A DNA stretch of 32,000 nt, from assembly GCA_001897305.1 (NCBI GenBank), contig MKSO01000001.1:510001-542000 (forward strand), in the 5' to 3' direction. Positions 7,162-16,465 of this stretch are shown here, piece after piece. Numbering within the stretch: the stretch's first letter is position 1; the number at the start of each line of letters is the position of its first letter. The stretch comes from Candidatus Saccharimonadota bacterium (GTDB lineage Bacteria > Patescibacteriota > Saccharimonadia > Saccharimonadales > Saccharimonadaceae). The translations under genes and the position numbers were made by a program. The notes under the pieces were generated by a model. That model searched no databases, was not told the DNA's origin, and worked only from the letters and a program-made list of their open reading frames with translations.

Positions 7162-7386
7162 GATCTACTTCCTTGTTTACCACGAGTGAAACGGACAAGA
7201 CGTTTCAGTGCTTCGGCTATATTACTCTACTACGATGCCATGCATTGGCTTTAGTATCATTAATAGCGCTAGCGCAAAATCACCTCTGATTTCACTCGCA
7301 TTAATTATCTGAATAATAGTAGCACATTAACGCCATATACACAAGATGTGGCACTCTTTTTAAAATGAGTTAACGAGACAATCTTA

Positions 7387-8670
7387 TCACTTTTCGTGAT
7401 CAGTTGCCTCCGTTAGTCTTTGTTCTATCGCCTTATTAACCAAACTTGAGACCGTGCTATTCATATTTTCAAGCCGCACTCTTTGCATAAAGCCTACAGG
7501 CCCGAGTTTCTTAAACATCTTACCAAAAGTTTCATCAGCAAACGAAGATGATACAATCGCAATCTTATCAAAGTCAACAACTACCGGAAGGCCAGTCTCA
7601 AGCATTAGATTTTCAATGTCATTTCTAATCCTGAAGCCCGATTGCCTAGTACCATAACCTGAAGCTTTCTCATCCAACCTATACATTAATCTCTCTCCTG
7701 TTTCATTAAGAGACGAGAGTACTCGATATGAATCAGGTCGATGTCCATTTAAAGCATTTTCAATATTAATTGGCTTCTGATAATTTATTTGAAAATCGAC
7801 AATTGTACCACCACCCTTTCGCGCATGACTGAGATAAGGCCCTGAATCTTTTGTAATTTGCCCATCATTACCAATATGAATACGCGCTCCACTACTTGTT
7901 ATAGTCATCTCTCCTGTTCCAGATTCTATAATCCTATGCAAACCCCATAAACCGTTTCCTTGATGTTCCGTCTTGCTCCTTGTAACCCCTTCTTTCATTG
8001 CAAGAGTAATGGCATCCATTGAATCGGATGGTTTATAAAAGTCCGATGTACTTAAAGAGTTATATATACCCTGACCTGCGTCCGCCACACAAAAAACGAC
8101 CTGCTTTTGTCCGCTGTGCAACTGGCCCATTACGTAACCTGAGTCGGAATCTGCGTGTTGTAAAACATTATCGACAACTTCATTAAGTGACCACTCCAGT
8201 GACACTAATGCATCCTTATTAGTGATTAACTCTCTTTCTCGAATAGCATCAATAAGCAGAGTAACAATACCAAACACATCCTCGGGACTTTCAAATTTCC
8301 AAACTTTGTTTAATGGATTATTACTATGCTCATTGAAACCAAAACTAATAGGCTCAATGAGACGCTTGTCTACAAATGAGTTAGGCGTCTCATGAAGCCT
8401 AAAAACAACTCCGGAATTAGTTCTTAGGTTGTCACAAAAAGCCGCTAACGGGACTGCTATATTTGCGTATACTGTTTCATTTTTTAGCTTACTGAAATCA
8501 AGGGTGATTTCTTGATAGCCCTCATGTCTAGCTTCTAGAACAGCACTAATAAAATGCCGTAGGGAAATCCGCTCTTTAAGTGAACGTATTATAATCACAC
8601 CGTCTCTACGTTCTATTGCAGAATCATTCAACTTATTCTGCAGTCGCTCTAGTATATTAGGACGTCCCAT
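7387..8670 (-). CDS. GHKL-type ATPase (RsbW/SpoIIAB-like kinase fold) with a C-terminal STAS-like domain and possibly an N-terminal STAS-like domain; 427 aa
   Basis: N-box LNEVVDNVLQHA (E164/N168), G1 box VADAGQGI (D197-x-G-x-G201) and G2 box GNGLWGL (G238-G243). The C-terminal 340-415 segment (VVVDFDKIAIVSSSFADETFGKMF) resembles the STAS-like family I recall as DUF4325. The N-terminal segment ITLDFSKLKNETVYANIAVPLAAFCDNL is also STAS-like. The gene is visibly AT-rich relative to its ribosomal neighbours. Confidence 0.6.
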   Translation of the reverse strand: MGRPNILERLQNKLNDSAIERRDGVIIIRSLKERISLRHFISAVLEARHEGYQEITLDFSKLKNETVYANIAVPLAAFCDNLRTNSGVVFRLHETPNSFVDKRLIEPISFGFNEHSNNPLNKVWKFESPEDVFGIVTLLIDAIRERELITNKDALVSLEWSLNEVVDNVLQHADSDSGYVMGQLHSGQKQVVFCVADAGQGIYNSLSTSDFYKPSDSMDAITLAMKEGVTRSKTEHQGNGLWGLHRIIESGTGEMTITSSGARIHIGNDGQITKDSGPYLSHARKGGGTIVDFQINYQKPINIENALNGHRPDSYRVLSSLNETGERLMYRLDEKASGYGTRQSGFRIRNDIENLMLETGLPVVVDFDKIAIVSSSFADETFGKMFKKLGPVGFMQRVRLENMNSTVSSLVNKAIEQRLTEATDHEK

Positions 8671-8702
8671 TTGCTAACTCTTTTGTTATTAAACTTTCTC
8701 TT

Positions 8703-8708
8703 ATTATA
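8703..8708 (-). promoter_or_regulatory. Candidate -10 box TATAAT for the 427-aa gene
   Basis: Perfect TATAAT on the minus strand, 32 nt upstream of the ATG at 8670 and downstream of the rpsH terminator. There is no clear -35 element. Confidence 0.4.
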
Positions 8709-8775
8709 CTAAGGTATCGTAAGCGCAGTGACAATAAAGCATCTCAAATTAACCCACTTCTACAAACTAGTTTTC

Positions 8776-8810
8776 TAAAAAAGAACCTCACATGAAGTGA
8801 GGTTCTTTTA
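8776..8810. terminator. Bidirectional-looking rho-independent terminator after rpsH
   Basis: AGAACCTCAC (8782-8791), loop ATGAA, GTGAGGTTCT (8797-8806). The hairpin is flanked by an A-run upstream and a T-run downstream, so the minus strand reads hairpin plus UUUUUU, about 20 nt after the rpsH stop. Confidence 0.8.
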
Positions 8811-8828
8811 TTATGCAAAGAATTTTCA

Positions 8829-9230
8829 TTAGTAAACGCTCAAAAGCAATTCACCACCAAGACGCTGCTTAGTAGCTTCTTGTCCAGTAACCACACCCTT
8901 CGATGTACTTACCAGAACGATACCACGGCCGCTCTTTACCTTAGGGATGTCGTTGGCACTTACGTACACGCGGCGTCCAGGTTTTGAAAGGCGCTTGATT
9001 TCGTTAATAGCGGCGTTTTCACCTGGCTTGTTAATAGTAACAACCAAGATGTCGCGAGGCTTTGCTGCTTCAACTTTTACGCCAGCGATGTAGCCAGCCT
9101 TCTTAAGTTCTTCAGCAACCACCTTCTTCAATTTGCTTGAAGGAACAGTGATTTCGTTCTTACCAACCATAACTGCATTACGGATGCGAGTCAGTAGGTC
9201 GGCGATTGGGTCTGTAGATTGTAGTGACAT
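8829..9230 (-). CDS. rpsH: 30S ribosomal protein S8
   Basis: 133-aa ORF starting MSLQSTDPIADLLTRIRNAVMVGKNEITVPSSKLK..., the classic S8 N-terminus. Confidence 0.96.
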   Translation of the reverse strand: MSLQSTDPIADLLTRIRNAVMVGKNEITVPSSKLKKVVAEELKKAGYIAGVKVEAAKPRDILVVTINKPGENAAINEIKRLSKPGRRVYVSANDIPKVKSGRGIVLVSTSKGVVTGQEATKQRLGGELLLSVY

Positions 9231-9246
9231 AATCGTTTCTCCTTTC

Positions 9247-9516
9247 CTACCAACTACTCTTTGTTATGCCAGGGATTTCACCCTTTGAAGCTTTTTCGCG
9301 GAAGTTAATACGGCTCAGGCCAAAGCGGCGCATGTATCCGTGCGGGCGTCCGTGAAGTGCGTCACGGTTCTTCCAACGAGTTGGAGAACTGTTACGAGGA
9401 AGTTTTTGCAAACCATCAGTGTCACCAAGCTCTTTGAGCTCAGCACGCTTTTCGGCGTACTTGGTGATCATCTTCTTTCGTTTTTCGTCGCGTGCGACAG
9501 CAGATGTTTTAGCCAT
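9247..9516 (-). CDS. rpsN: 30S ribosomal protein S14 (long, non-zinc form)
   Basis: 89-aa ORF with ...[51 protein letters not shown], typical of S14. Confidence 0.94.
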   Translation of the reverse strand: MAKTSAVARDEKRKKMITKYAEKRAELKELGDTDGLQKLPRNSSPTRWKNRDALHGRPHGYMRRFGLSRINFREKASKGEIPGITKSSW

Positions 9517-10097
9517 TAGCGTGCGCCTCCTTCTTTTTCAAACGGCATACCAAACTTTACCAATAGGGCTTTGCTTGCTTCTTTGCTACCATTCTTGATA
9601 ACAAAAGTTACTTGCAGGCCGTGAATGTGTTGTGTTTCTTCAAAGGTAAGCTCTGGGAAGATTGACTGGTCGGTGATACCTAGGTTGTAGTTACCGCCCT
9701 TGTCAAATGCCTTGTTGCTCACGCCGTGGAAGTCACGAACACGAGGTAGGTCAATATTTACCAGACGGTCGAGGAATTCGTACATACGAGCACCGCGAAG
9801 TGTTACTGACAAACCAACACGGTTCATACCAGCACGAATCTTGAAACCAGCGATAGACTTTTTAGCCATGCGGTCGATTGGTGACTGACCAGTTACCTTA
9901 GTAACGGTGTTGCGCACTACTTCGTAGTGGTGCTTGTCGTCTTTGTTCTTACCGATTCCTACGCTGACAATAATCTTTTCAAGCTTTGGTACTTCATTAA
10001 CGTTTGAAAGACCGAGTTCGGCTTGAAGTTCCTTTACATACGTATCAGTATAAAAGGCTTTCAGGCGAGGAGCGGTAACAGTAGTAGCTTTAGCCAT
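9516..10097 (-). CDS. rplE: 50S ribosomal protein L5
   Basis: 193-aa ORF with ...[13 protein letters not shown]... and ...[25 protein letters not shown]..., typical of L5. Confidence 0.96.
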   Translation of the reverse strand: MAKATTVTAPRLKAFYTDTYVKELQAELGLSNVNEVPKLEKIIVSVGIGKNKDDKHHYEVVRNTVTKVTGQSPIDRMAKKSIAGFKIRAGMNRVGLSVTLRGARMYEFLDRLVNIDLPRVRDFHGVSNKAFDKGGNYNLGITDQSIFPELTFEETQHIHGLQVTFVIKNGSKEASKALLVKFGMPFEKEGGAR

Positions 10098-10426
10098 TAC
10101 TTAATCTCCTTACTATTAGCTTGGCGGGCAACACGAGTGCTTCCACCTTCAACATTTTTAACGTATCCGACACGACTTGTTTTGCCAGATTTTTCATCAA
10201 TAACCAATGCAACCTTTGAAAGTGGGGTTGGAACATGAATATCCTTGCTTCCACCGCGTGGGTTGAGTTGGCTTGGCTTGATGTGACGGTGCTTTTGACC
10301 GATACCTTCAAGAAGTACAGCATTCTTAGCGGTCAATACAGCCAATACCTTAGCAGTTGTACCCTTGTTGTCACCAGAGATCACCTTTACGGTGTCACCC
10401 TTCTTGATGCGCTTAATAGCAGCCAT
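10097..10426 (-). CDS. rplX: 50S ribosomal protein L24
   Basis: 109-aa ORF with MAAIKRIKKGDTVKVISGDNKGTTAKVLAV..., a KOW motif. Confidence 0.95.
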   Translation of the reverse strand: MAAIKRIKKGDTVKVISGDNKGTTAKVLAVLTAKNAVLLEGIGQKHRHIKPSQLNPRGGSKDIHVPTPLSKVALVIDEKSGKTSRVGYVKNVEGGSTRVARQANSKEIK

Positions 10427-10428
10427 AA

Positions 10429-10797
10429 TTAGAGTACCTCCGGCGCAAGGCTGATGATCTTAGCGTAGCCAAGGTCACGCAGTTCACGTGGCACTGGGCC
10501 GAACACACGAGTAGCCTTTGGTGTTTTGTCGTCGTTAATAATAACCGCAGCGTTTTCGTCAAAAGCAATAGTGCTTCCGTCTTTACGCTTGATTTGGTTC
10601 TTGGTACGAACAACTACAGCTTTTACAACTGATTTCTTTTTAACGTTACCGGTTGGGTTAGCGTCTTTAACGGTAGCGACAATAACGTCGCCAACGTTTG
10701 CGTAACGACGGCCGGTGCCACCGAGAACACGAATACAAAGGATTTCCTTTGCACCGCTGTTGTCAGCAACCTTAAGACGAGATTCTTGTTGGATCAT
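10429..10797 (-). CDS. rplN: 50S ribosomal protein L14 (122 aa using the ATG at 10795-10797)
   Basis: [27 protein letters not shown]... is the canonical L14 start. The ORF-track extension to 10824 would overlap rpsQ. Confidence 0.95.
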   Translation of the reverse strand: MIQQESRLKVADNSGAKEILCIRVLGGTGRRYANVGDVIVATVKDANPTGNVKKKSVVKAVVVRTKNQIKRKDGSTIAFDENAAVIINDDKTPKATRVFGPVPRELRDLGYAKIISLAPEVL

Positions 10798-10798
10798 A

Positions 10799-11083
10799 TT
10801 ACTTCTCCTCCTCGACAGTCTCATCTTTCAATTCGATGCTACCGTGAGAACGCTCATCAACACTTACAAGTGTGAATGATTTGTTCTTTGAAATAGGACG
10901 AGTCTCTTTGATGGTAACGCGGTCACCTTCGTGAGCTTCGTTCTTTTCGTCGTGGGCAGCATATTTACGGTTTACAGTGTACTGCTTACCGTAGATTGGG
11001 TGTGTTTCACGGCTTGTAACCGTAATAACGATTGTCTTGTCAGCCTTATCAGAGGTGACAATACCAGTCAGTGACTTTGCCAT
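10799..11083 (-). CDS. rpsQ: 30S ribosomal protein S17
   Basis: 94-aa ORF with ...[42 protein letters not shown]..., typical of S17. Confidence 0.95.
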   Translation of the reverse strand: MAKSLTGIVTSDKADKTIVITVTSRETHPIYGKQYTVNRKYAAHDEKNEAHEGDRVTIKETRPISKNKSFTLVSVDERSHGSIELKDETVEEEK

Positions 11084-11084
11084 A

Positions 11085-11333
11085 TTAGTTTTCCTCCTTT
11101 TTGGCTGCGATTTCTGCTTGCTTAATAGCAGTCAAAGATCGCGCAATTGCTTTACGTTGAGTCGTTAAAACGTGTGGGTTTACGAGTTCACCAAGCAAGT
11201 GGCTCCGGCGTGATTCGCGGTGGTCGTTTTGCAGGGTTACCAGCTCAGTTTTGAGTTGCTCGAGTGTTTTTACTTCAGTTGCTTTTGCAACTTTAGTAGT
11301 CTTTTTGGTTGTCTTCTTCGCTACGTCAGCCAT
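11085..11333 (-). CDS. rpmC: 50S ribosomal protein L29 (with a K/T-rich N-terminal extension)
   Basis: 82-aa ORF in the operon position between rplP and rpsQ. It is helical, with LKTELVTLQNDHRESRRSHLLGELVNPHVLTTQRKAIARSLT. Confidence 0.9.
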   Translation of the reverse strand: MADVAKKTTKKTTKVAKATEVKTLEQLKTELVTLQNDHRESRRSHLLGELVNPHVLTTQRKAIARSLTAIKQAEIAAKKEEN

Positions 11334-11746
11334 TATGCTTGCTCCTTCACGATGAATTTAGTCTTCACAGGAAGCTTGTGAGCAGCGAGACGCATAGCCT
11401 CACGGGCAACAGCTTCGTCGACACCCTTCATTTCAAACAAGATAGTGCCAGGTTTTACACGAGCTACGAAGAACTCTGGGTTACCCTTACCACCGCCCAT
11501 CTTTACGTCCTGTGGTTTACGGGTTCGTGGAAGGTGCGGGAAGATACGAATCCAGATTTTACCACCACGCTTGATGTAGCGGGTCATCGCCTGACGAGCT
11601 GACTCGATTTGGCGAGAGGTAATGTCGCTGTTTTGTTGTGACTGAAGACCGAAGTCGCCAAAGGCTACATAGTTACCAGAGGTTGCAACGCCATCGTTGC
11701 GGCCTTTGCGAACTTTTCGGTGCTTCATTTTCTTAGGAAGTAACAT
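11333..11746 (-). CDS. rplP: 50S ribosomal protein L16
   Basis: 137-aa ORF with [16 protein letters not shown]..., ...[29 protein letters not shown]... and ...[15 protein letters not shown]. Confidence 0.96.
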   Translation of the reverse strand: MLLPKKMKHRKVRKGRNDGVATSGNYVAFGDFGLQSQQNSDITSRQIESARQAMTRYIKRGGKIWIRIFPHLPRTRKPQDVKMGGGKGNPEFFVARVKPGTILFEMKGVDEAVAREAMRLAAHKLPVKTKFIVKEQA

Positions 11747-11751
11747 ACCGA

Positions 11752-12384
11752 TTAGCTCCTTTCACCTTTGTAGATCCAGACCTTTACACCAACGATACCA
11801 GCACCTGGAAGTGCGGCACGTGCAGTGTGGAAGTCAACATCAGCACGAAGAGTGTGCAGTGGCACTGAACCTTCGCTGATTTTTTCGCGACGAGCCATTT
11901 CAGCGCTGTTAAGACGACCTGATACTTGGATACGAACACCCTTAGCACCAGCAGCCATAACATTTTGAGCTGACATTTTTAGCGCACGACGGAAGTTTCC
12001 ACGACGCTCAAGTTGGTGAGCAATGTTTTCAGCCACTAATTTAGCGCTGAGGTCAGGACGTTTTACTTCTTCGATGTTAATACGAACTGGCAAGCTTGCA
12101 AGTTTTTCGAGCTCGCTCTTAAGCTCTGTAACACCTGCACCACCGCGACCGATCACAACACCAGCCTTAGCCGTGTGGATAGTAACCGTAACGAGGTTGG
12201 CTGAACGTTCGATTTCAATACGAGCAATCGTTGGACGGCTCGCGAAACGCTTCTCGATGTGCTCACGAATTTTAATATCTTCGACGAGCAGACGAGAGAA
12301 GTCTTTCTTGTGGGCAAACCAGCGTGAATCCCAGTTCTTGTGAACCTGGAGACGGAAACTGGTTGGATTAACCTTCTGTCCCAT
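11752..12384 (-). CDS. rpsC: 30S ribosomal protein S3
   Basis: 210-aa ORF starting [24 protein letters not shown]..., with KH and S3-C domains. Confidence 0.96.
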   Translation of the reverse strand: MGQKVNPTSFRLQVHKNWDSRWFAHKKDFSRLLVEDIKIREHIEKRFASRPTIARIEIERSANLVTVTIHTAKAGVVIGRGGAGVTELKSELEKLASLPVRINIEEVKRPDLSAKLVAENIAHQLERRGNFRRALKMSAQNVMAAGAKGVRIQVSGRLNSAEMARREKISEGSVPLHTLRADVDFHTARAALPGAGIVGVKVWIYKGERS

Positions 12385-12848
12385 TATTTCTTCTCCTCTT
12401 TCTTCGCTGGCTTTGCAGCTGGCTTCTTAGCAGCTACTTTTGGAGTCTCAACAACTTCAGGAGTAGTTACTTCAGCCGCCTTAGCTGCTGCCTTCTTTGG
12501 TTTCAACTCACCAGTTACCTCAATCAAGATGTTTGAAGACTTCTTTTGGTAAGGTAGTGCACGGCCACGGCTAGCTGGGTTGAATCGCTTCATACGCGTA
12601 CCAGTTGTGACAGACAGTGTCTTGATGATGAGTGTTTTGCCGTCAAAACCATGGTTGTTAACAGCGTTAGCCTGGGCGCTTTCGATTGCCTTACGAACAG
12701 ACAATGCGGCGCGCTTTGGCGTGTGGTTTAGGATAACGATAGCGTCAGCTACCGAACGGCCACGCACAAGGCTAGCAACCAGGCTCACTTTACGTGGAGC
12801 GAGGTCGATACCTTTAGCATAGGCACGTACTACAGTTGAATCAGCCAT
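12384..12848 (-). CDS. rplV: 50S ribosomal protein L22 with a K/A-rich C-terminal tail (154 aa using the ATG at 12846-12848)
   Basis: MADSTVVRAYAKGIDLAPRKVSLVASLVRGRSVADAIVILNHTPKRAA... is typical of L22. The ORF-track start at 12917 would overlap rpsS. Confidence 0.93.
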   Translation of the reverse strand: MADSTVVRAYAKGIDLAPRKVSLVASLVRGRSVADAIVILNHTPKRAALSVRKAIESAQANAVNNHGFDGKTLIIKTLSVTTGTRMKRFNPASRGRALPYQKKSSNILIEVTGELKPKKAAAKAAEVTTPEVVETPKVAAKKPAAKPAKKEEKK

Positions 12849-12849
12849 A

Positions 12850-13113
12850 CTACTTCGCCTTTCCTCCGTGCTTACGGAACTTACGAGTTGGGCTAAACTC
12901 ACCGAGCTTGTGGCCAACCATGTTTTCCGTAATAAGCACTGGTACGTGTACCTTACCGTTGTGAACGGCGATAGTACGACCTACCATGTCTGGGCTAATA
13001 GTGCTTGCGCGAGCCCAAGTTTTAATGATAGTTCGGTCTTCGAGGCTCAAGGCCGCTACTTTCTTCGCGAGCTTGAAGTCGACGAATGGACCTTTTTTCA
13101 GTGATCGACTCAT
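12850..13113 (-). CDS. rpsS: 30S ribosomal protein S19
   Basis: 87-aa ORF with [15 protein letters not shown]... and ...[32 protein letters not shown]. Confidence 0.96.
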   Translation of the reverse strand: MSRSLKKGPFVDFKLAKKVAALSLEDRTIIKTWARASTISPDMVGRTIAVHNGKVHVPVLITENMVGHKLGEFSPTRKFRKHGGKAK

Positions 13114-13114
13114 A

Positions 13115-13954
13115 TTACTTCTTCCTCTTCGCGTCGTGGCGCGACCTTACGATATGACCAGCTACGTCTTTACGACGGCGAGTACGGTATCCGAGGGTCA
13201 ATTGACCCCATGGAGTACGTGGTGCCTTACCAGCACCGTGACGTCCACCGTCACCACCACCGTGAGGGTGATCTGCGGCGTTCATAACAACACCACGAAC
13301 GGTTGGACGAATACCCTTGCGTCGTTTACGACCGGCTGAACCAATCTTGATGTTCTGGTGTTGGACGTTGCCGACAACACCAATGGCAGCGGTTGCCTCA
13401 AGTCGGAACTTGCGAACTTCGCCAGAAGGAAGACGTACTTGTGCGTAGTCACCTTCTTTAGCCATCAACTGTGCCTTCGTACCAGCTGAACGCACCATTT
13501 GCGCGCCCTTACCTGGGTGAAGTTCAATTGCGTAAATTTGGGTACCAACAGGGATGTTGGCAAGTGGCATACGGTTTGACTGCTCAATAGGAGCTTCCGC
13601 ACCACTTTGGATAACCTTGCCTACGGTCATTGAAGTATCAGCAAGGATGTAGTGGTAAAGGCCATTTTGGTCTTTTACACGAGCAATACGAGCTGAACGG
13701 TTAGGGTCATACTCGATGTGCTCTACAGTGACAACCATACCAGCAGGAAGGTTGTGGTTCATGAGACGGTAGTGACGCTTTACACCACCACCACGGTGGC
13801 GAACGGTAATTCGGCCAGCGTTGTTACGACCAGCATTTTGCTTTTTACTTTTCGTAAGGCTTTTAAGAGGCTTACGAGTAGTAATGTCGCTAAGATCCTG
13901 TGAAGTCATACCACGACGAGCAGGAGTTGTTGGGTTGTATTGCTTAATAGCCAT
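13115..13954 (-). CDS. rplB: 50S ribosomal protein L2
   Basis: 279-aa ORF with ...[22 protein letters not shown]... and ...[14 protein letters not shown]... Confidence 0.97.
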   Translation of the reverse strand: MAIKQYNPTTPARRGMTSQDLSDITTRKPLKSLTKSKKQNAGRNNAGRITVRHRGGGVKRHYRLMNHNLPAGMVVTVEHIEYDPNRSARIARVKDQNGLYHYILADTSMTVGKVIQSGAEAPIEQSNRMPLANIPVGTQIYAIELHPGKGAQMVRSAGTKAQLMAKEGDYAQVRLPSGEVRKFRLEATAAIGVVGNVQHQNIKIGSAGRKRRKGIRPTVRGVVMNAADHPHGGGDGGRHGAGKAPRTPWGQLTLGYRTRRRKDVAGHIVRSRHDAKRKK

Positions 13955-14301
13955 TACTTCTTCTCCTCTTTCGTCTTAGTTTCGGTTGGCTCTTCTGGTT
14001 GTTCGAAGATAGCAAGTGAGCTACCAGCAGCAAGCGTTACATACGCTTTTTTGCTATCAGTACGCTTAGTTGTACCTGGGTAACGGTTCTTGCCTCGTGA
14101 GAAGCGAACTGCTTTACCTTGTTGCACAAGCGTCTTGATTTCTTTTACTTCAACACCGTATTGGCTTTTAACCGCTTCAGTGATTTCGTTTTTGTTTGCT
14201 GCAAGTGGGACGTTAAATACGTAAACATTCTTTTGTGAGAGGCCGTAGGCTTTCTCGGTAGTTACAGGAGTAACGAGGATGGTTGAAAGATTCTTAGCCA
14301 T
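13954..14301 (-). CDS. rplW: 50S ribosomal protein L23 (with an acidic/lysine-rich C-terminal tail)
   Basis: 115-aa ORF in the operon position between rplD and rplB, with ...YVFNVPLAANKNEITEAVKSQYGVEVKEIKT... Confidence 0.92.
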   Translation of the reverse strand: MAKNLSTILVTPVTTEKAYGLSQKNVYVFNVPLAANKNEITEAVKSQYGVEVKEIKTLVQQGKAVRFSRGKNRYPGTTKRTDSKKAYVTLAAGSSLAIFEQPEEPTETKTKEEKK

Positions 14302-14302
14302 A

Positions 14303-14935
14303 TTACGCCTCCTCCTTTACTAACCAACTCTTGAGTGTTGGGAGTGAAGCAGTTGAAAGCACGATGTGATCTGCGTTCAAAACGTGGTACACACTTAGGT
14401 ACTTAGTGCTTACTAACAGTACGTTTTCAAGGTTGTTCGCGGCACGAATGATCGTAGGAGTCTTTTCGTCTACAACGATAAGAGTTTTACGGTCAAACTT
14501 GTTGTCGGCGAGGAATTTCGCAACTTCAGCTGTTTTACCGGTAGTTTTAACGTCAATAACGTGAACCTTACCTGCTTTTTCAGCGAGCGTAAGAGCCTGC
14601 TTGATAGCCTGGCGCTTTGCCTGTGTTGAAATTTTCTTGCCGTAGTTTTCGTTGCCACGTGGACCAAATACGATACCACCACCGCGCCAGATTGGGTTTC
14701 GGGTTGAACCGAAACGAGCACGACCAGTACCTTTTTGCTTCCATGGCTTCTTACCACCACCGCTTACTTCACCGCGAGTTTTAGTGCGGGCTGCACTTGT
14801 GCGGTTGTTAGCAAGGTAGGCATCGTAAGCAAGCTTTAATAGCTCGTGGTTGTTTACTTCAACTGCGAACACTTCCTCAGGAAGCTTTGGCGCAGCCGCT
14901 GCTTTTGGTGCAGCTTTTGTCGTATCAGTCGCCAT
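14303..14935 (-). CDS. rplD: 50S ribosomal protein L4
   Basis: 210-aa ORF with ...RTSAARTKTRGEVSGGGKKPWKQKGTGRARFGSTRNPIWRGGGIVFGP..., typical of L4. Confidence 0.96.
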   Translation of the reverse strand: MATDTTKAAPKAAAAPKLPEEVFAVEVNNHELLKLAYDAYLANNRTSAARTKTRGEVSGGGKKPWKQKGTGRARFGSTRNPIWRGGGIVFGPRGNENYGKKISTQAKRQAIKQALTLAEKAGKVHVIDVKTTGKTAEVAKFLADNKFDRKTLIVVDEKTPTIIRAANNLENVLLVSTKYLSVYHVLNADHIVLSTASLPTLKSWLVKEEA

Positions 14936-15549
14936 TATGCTTTACCTCCGATAACGATAAGGCCCTTCTTTGGACCTGGCACAGCACCCTTAAGACCAAT
15001 AAGGTTGTTTTCGGCGTCGATGTAGCTTACGACCAAGTTCTTAACAGTCACTTGTTCGTGTCCCATACGGCCAGCCATTCGCTTACCTTTAAAGACCTTT
15101 TGAGGATACATTGAACCAATTGAACCGGGGCGACGAGTGTTACCCTTACCACCGTGTGTTTTACGGTGACGTTCAAAGTTGTGCCTCTTGATATTTCCGG
15201 CGAAACCTTTACCCTTGCTGATACCGGTAGCGTCCACTACATCACCGATTTCAAAGGTGGTTACGTCGATAGATGCACCGACAGTGAGTTCTTCACTTGG
15301 GTCGTCGATGCGGAACTCGCGAATATACTTCGGAGTTGTGTCGGCTGCCTTAAGGTGTCCAGCCACGGCCTTGCTCAGGTTCTTACCCTCACCAAACCCT
15401 ACTTGCACTGCGTTGTAGCCGTCGGTGTCGACGGTTTTTACCTGAGTCACAGTCACAGGGCCAGCTTGAATCAACGTTACAGGTACTGCACGTCCATCCT
15501 CACTGATGATTTGGGTCATACCAATTTTGGTACCGAGAAGTGCTTTCAT
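14935..15549 (-). CDS. rplC: 50S ribosomal protein L3 (204 aa using the ATG at 15547-15549)
   Basis: MKALLGTKIGMTQIISEDGRAVPVTLIQ... is the canonical L3 start. GGGAGA lies about 9 nt upstream. The ORF-track start at 15684 adds 45 non-L3 residues and runs through the predicted promoter. Confidence 0.94.
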   Translation of the reverse strand: MKALLGTKIGMTQIISEDGRAVPVTLIQAGPVTVTQVKTVDTDGYNAVQVGFGEGKNLSKAVAGHLKAADTTPKYIREFRIDDPSEELTVGASIDVTTFEIGDVVDATGISKGKGFAGNIKRHNFERHRKTHGGKGNTRRPGSIGSMYPQKVFKGKRMAGRMGHEQVTVKNLVVSYIDAENNLIGLKGAVPGPKKGLIVIGGKA

Positions 15550-15654
15550 GCTCTTCATTCTCCCACTTAAAAGCCTCGGTGACAGGTAGTATCCGTAGAC
15601 TTGCCTATTCACTCGAGAACTTGAGTTGTTATTACGTAATAAGTTACAAGGTTG

Positions 15655-15684
15655 ATAATAGCATACTTTTAGGTGTTTCGTCAA
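15655..15684 (-). promoter_or_regulatory. Candidate sigma-70-type promoter for the rplC block: TTGACG-18 nt-TATTAT
   Basis: On the minus strand the -35 element is at 15679-15684 and the -10 element at 15655-15660, leaving a leader of roughly 100 nt before rplC. Confidence 0.45.
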
Positions 15685-15704
15685 GAGTAATTACGGATAA
15701 GCCC

Positions 15705-15733
15705 TTGAATTTCATGCACATACGTTGCATACT
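15705..15733 (+). promoter_or_regulatory. Candidate promoter for the plus-strand small gene: TTGAAT-17 nt-CATACT
   Basis: The -35 element is at 15705-15710 and the -10 element at 15728-15733, about 40 nt upstream of the ATG at 15774. It is divergent from the rplC promoter. Confidence 0.35.
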
Positions 15734-15773
15734 GCTAGATAAGGAAAACCCCAACCAGTTTAAAGGAATAGTT

Positions 15774-16085
15774 ATGGCGACAACGAAAGCAGCAGCCACC
15801 AAGAAAACCCCCACCAAGAAAGCACCCGCTTCGGCTGCTTCGAAGAAAAAAAGTGTTACCACGAAAAAAGTAACTAAAAAAGCCGTGGCTCAGTCACCAG
15901 AAGTTCGTTCATTTAAGGTAGCCAAAAGTTCTCAAAAATTTACAGACTTCAAGCTTAGCCGCCAGACTATTTACTGGATTATCCTCATTGCCTTTATCAT
16001 TTTCGCCCAACTCTGGATCATCAAACTACAAGTTGACATTGGAAGTCTGCTTGACTCACAACAAACGCAAATTACTACCAACTGA
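15774..16085 (+). CDS. Small bitopic membrane protein, 103 aa (K/A/T-rich N-terminus, one TM helix)
   Basis: ATG at 15774, preceded by AAGGA about 7 nt upstream. The sequence is MATTKAAATKKTPTKKAPASAASKKKSVTTKK...TIYWIILIAFIIFAQLWIIKLQV... It is the only credible plus-strand gene in the window and ends at a bidirectional terminator. The ORF-track start at 15540 is an upstream extension through the rplC start. Confidence 0.6.
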   Translation: MATTKAAATKKTPTKKAPASAASKKKSVTTKKVTKKAVAQSPEVRSFKVAKSSQKFTDFKLSRQTIYWIILIAFIIFAQLWIIKLQVDIGSLLDSQQTQITTN

Positions 16086-16098
16086 GTATCTTGGAAAT

Positions 16099-16129
16099 AA
16101 AAAAAGCGAGCATAAAAGCTCGCTTTTTT
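16099..16129. terminator. Bidirectional rho-independent terminator shared by the plus-strand small gene and rpsJ
   Basis: AAAAAAA-GCGAGC-ATAAAA-GCTCGC-TTTTTT. The stem arms are at 16106-16111 and 16118-16123, lying between convergent stop codons at 16085 and 16142. Confidence 0.8.
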
Positions 16130-16141
16130 AGTACACACAAA

Positions 16142-16465
16142 CTACATACGGATTTCTGCATCAACACCAGCTGGAAGGCTGAGGTTTTGCAGGCTGTCGA
16201 TAGTCTTTGGAGTAGCGTTTGTGATATCAATAAGACGCTTGTGAATACGCATTTCAAATGTTTCACCACCTTTTTTGTAAACGTGCGGTGACTTCACAAC
16301 CGTAAAAGTACTACGGCGAGTTGGAAGTGGTACTGGACCGGCAATTGATGCACCGGTACGAATAGCGGTGTCAATGATTTGCTTTGCTGATTGGTCGATA
16401 ACCTTGTGATCATAGGCTTTAAGACGAATACGAATTCGTAGGCCTTCTTGCTTTGCTTCTGCCAT
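16142..16465 (-). CDS. rpsJ: 30S ribosomal protein S10 (107 aa using the ATG at 16463-16465)
   Basis: [49 protein letters not shown]... is typical of S10. AAGGAG lies 9 nt upstream. The ORF-track start at 16549 is an unsupported extension. Confidence 0.95.
   Translation of the reverse strand: MAEAKQEGLRIRIRLKAYDHKVIDQSAKQIIDTAIRTGASIAGPVPLPTRRSTFTVVKSPHVYKKGGETFEMRIHKRLIDITNATPKTIDSLQNLSLPAGVDAEIRM

Noticed and set aside
15629-15642. Perfect 14-nt palindrome TTATTACGTAATAA in the rplC leader (possible operator)
   Set aside because: The expected number of perfect 14-nt palindromes in 32 kb is on the order of two (32,000 / 4^7), and AT-rich leaders inflate this. There is no second copy or flanking evidence.
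15540-15773. Upstream 78 codons of the plus-strand 181-aa ORF
   Set aside because: This part overlaps the rplC start and both divergent promoters and has no protein-like character. The ATG at 15774 with an AAGGA SD gives a coherent small membrane protein.
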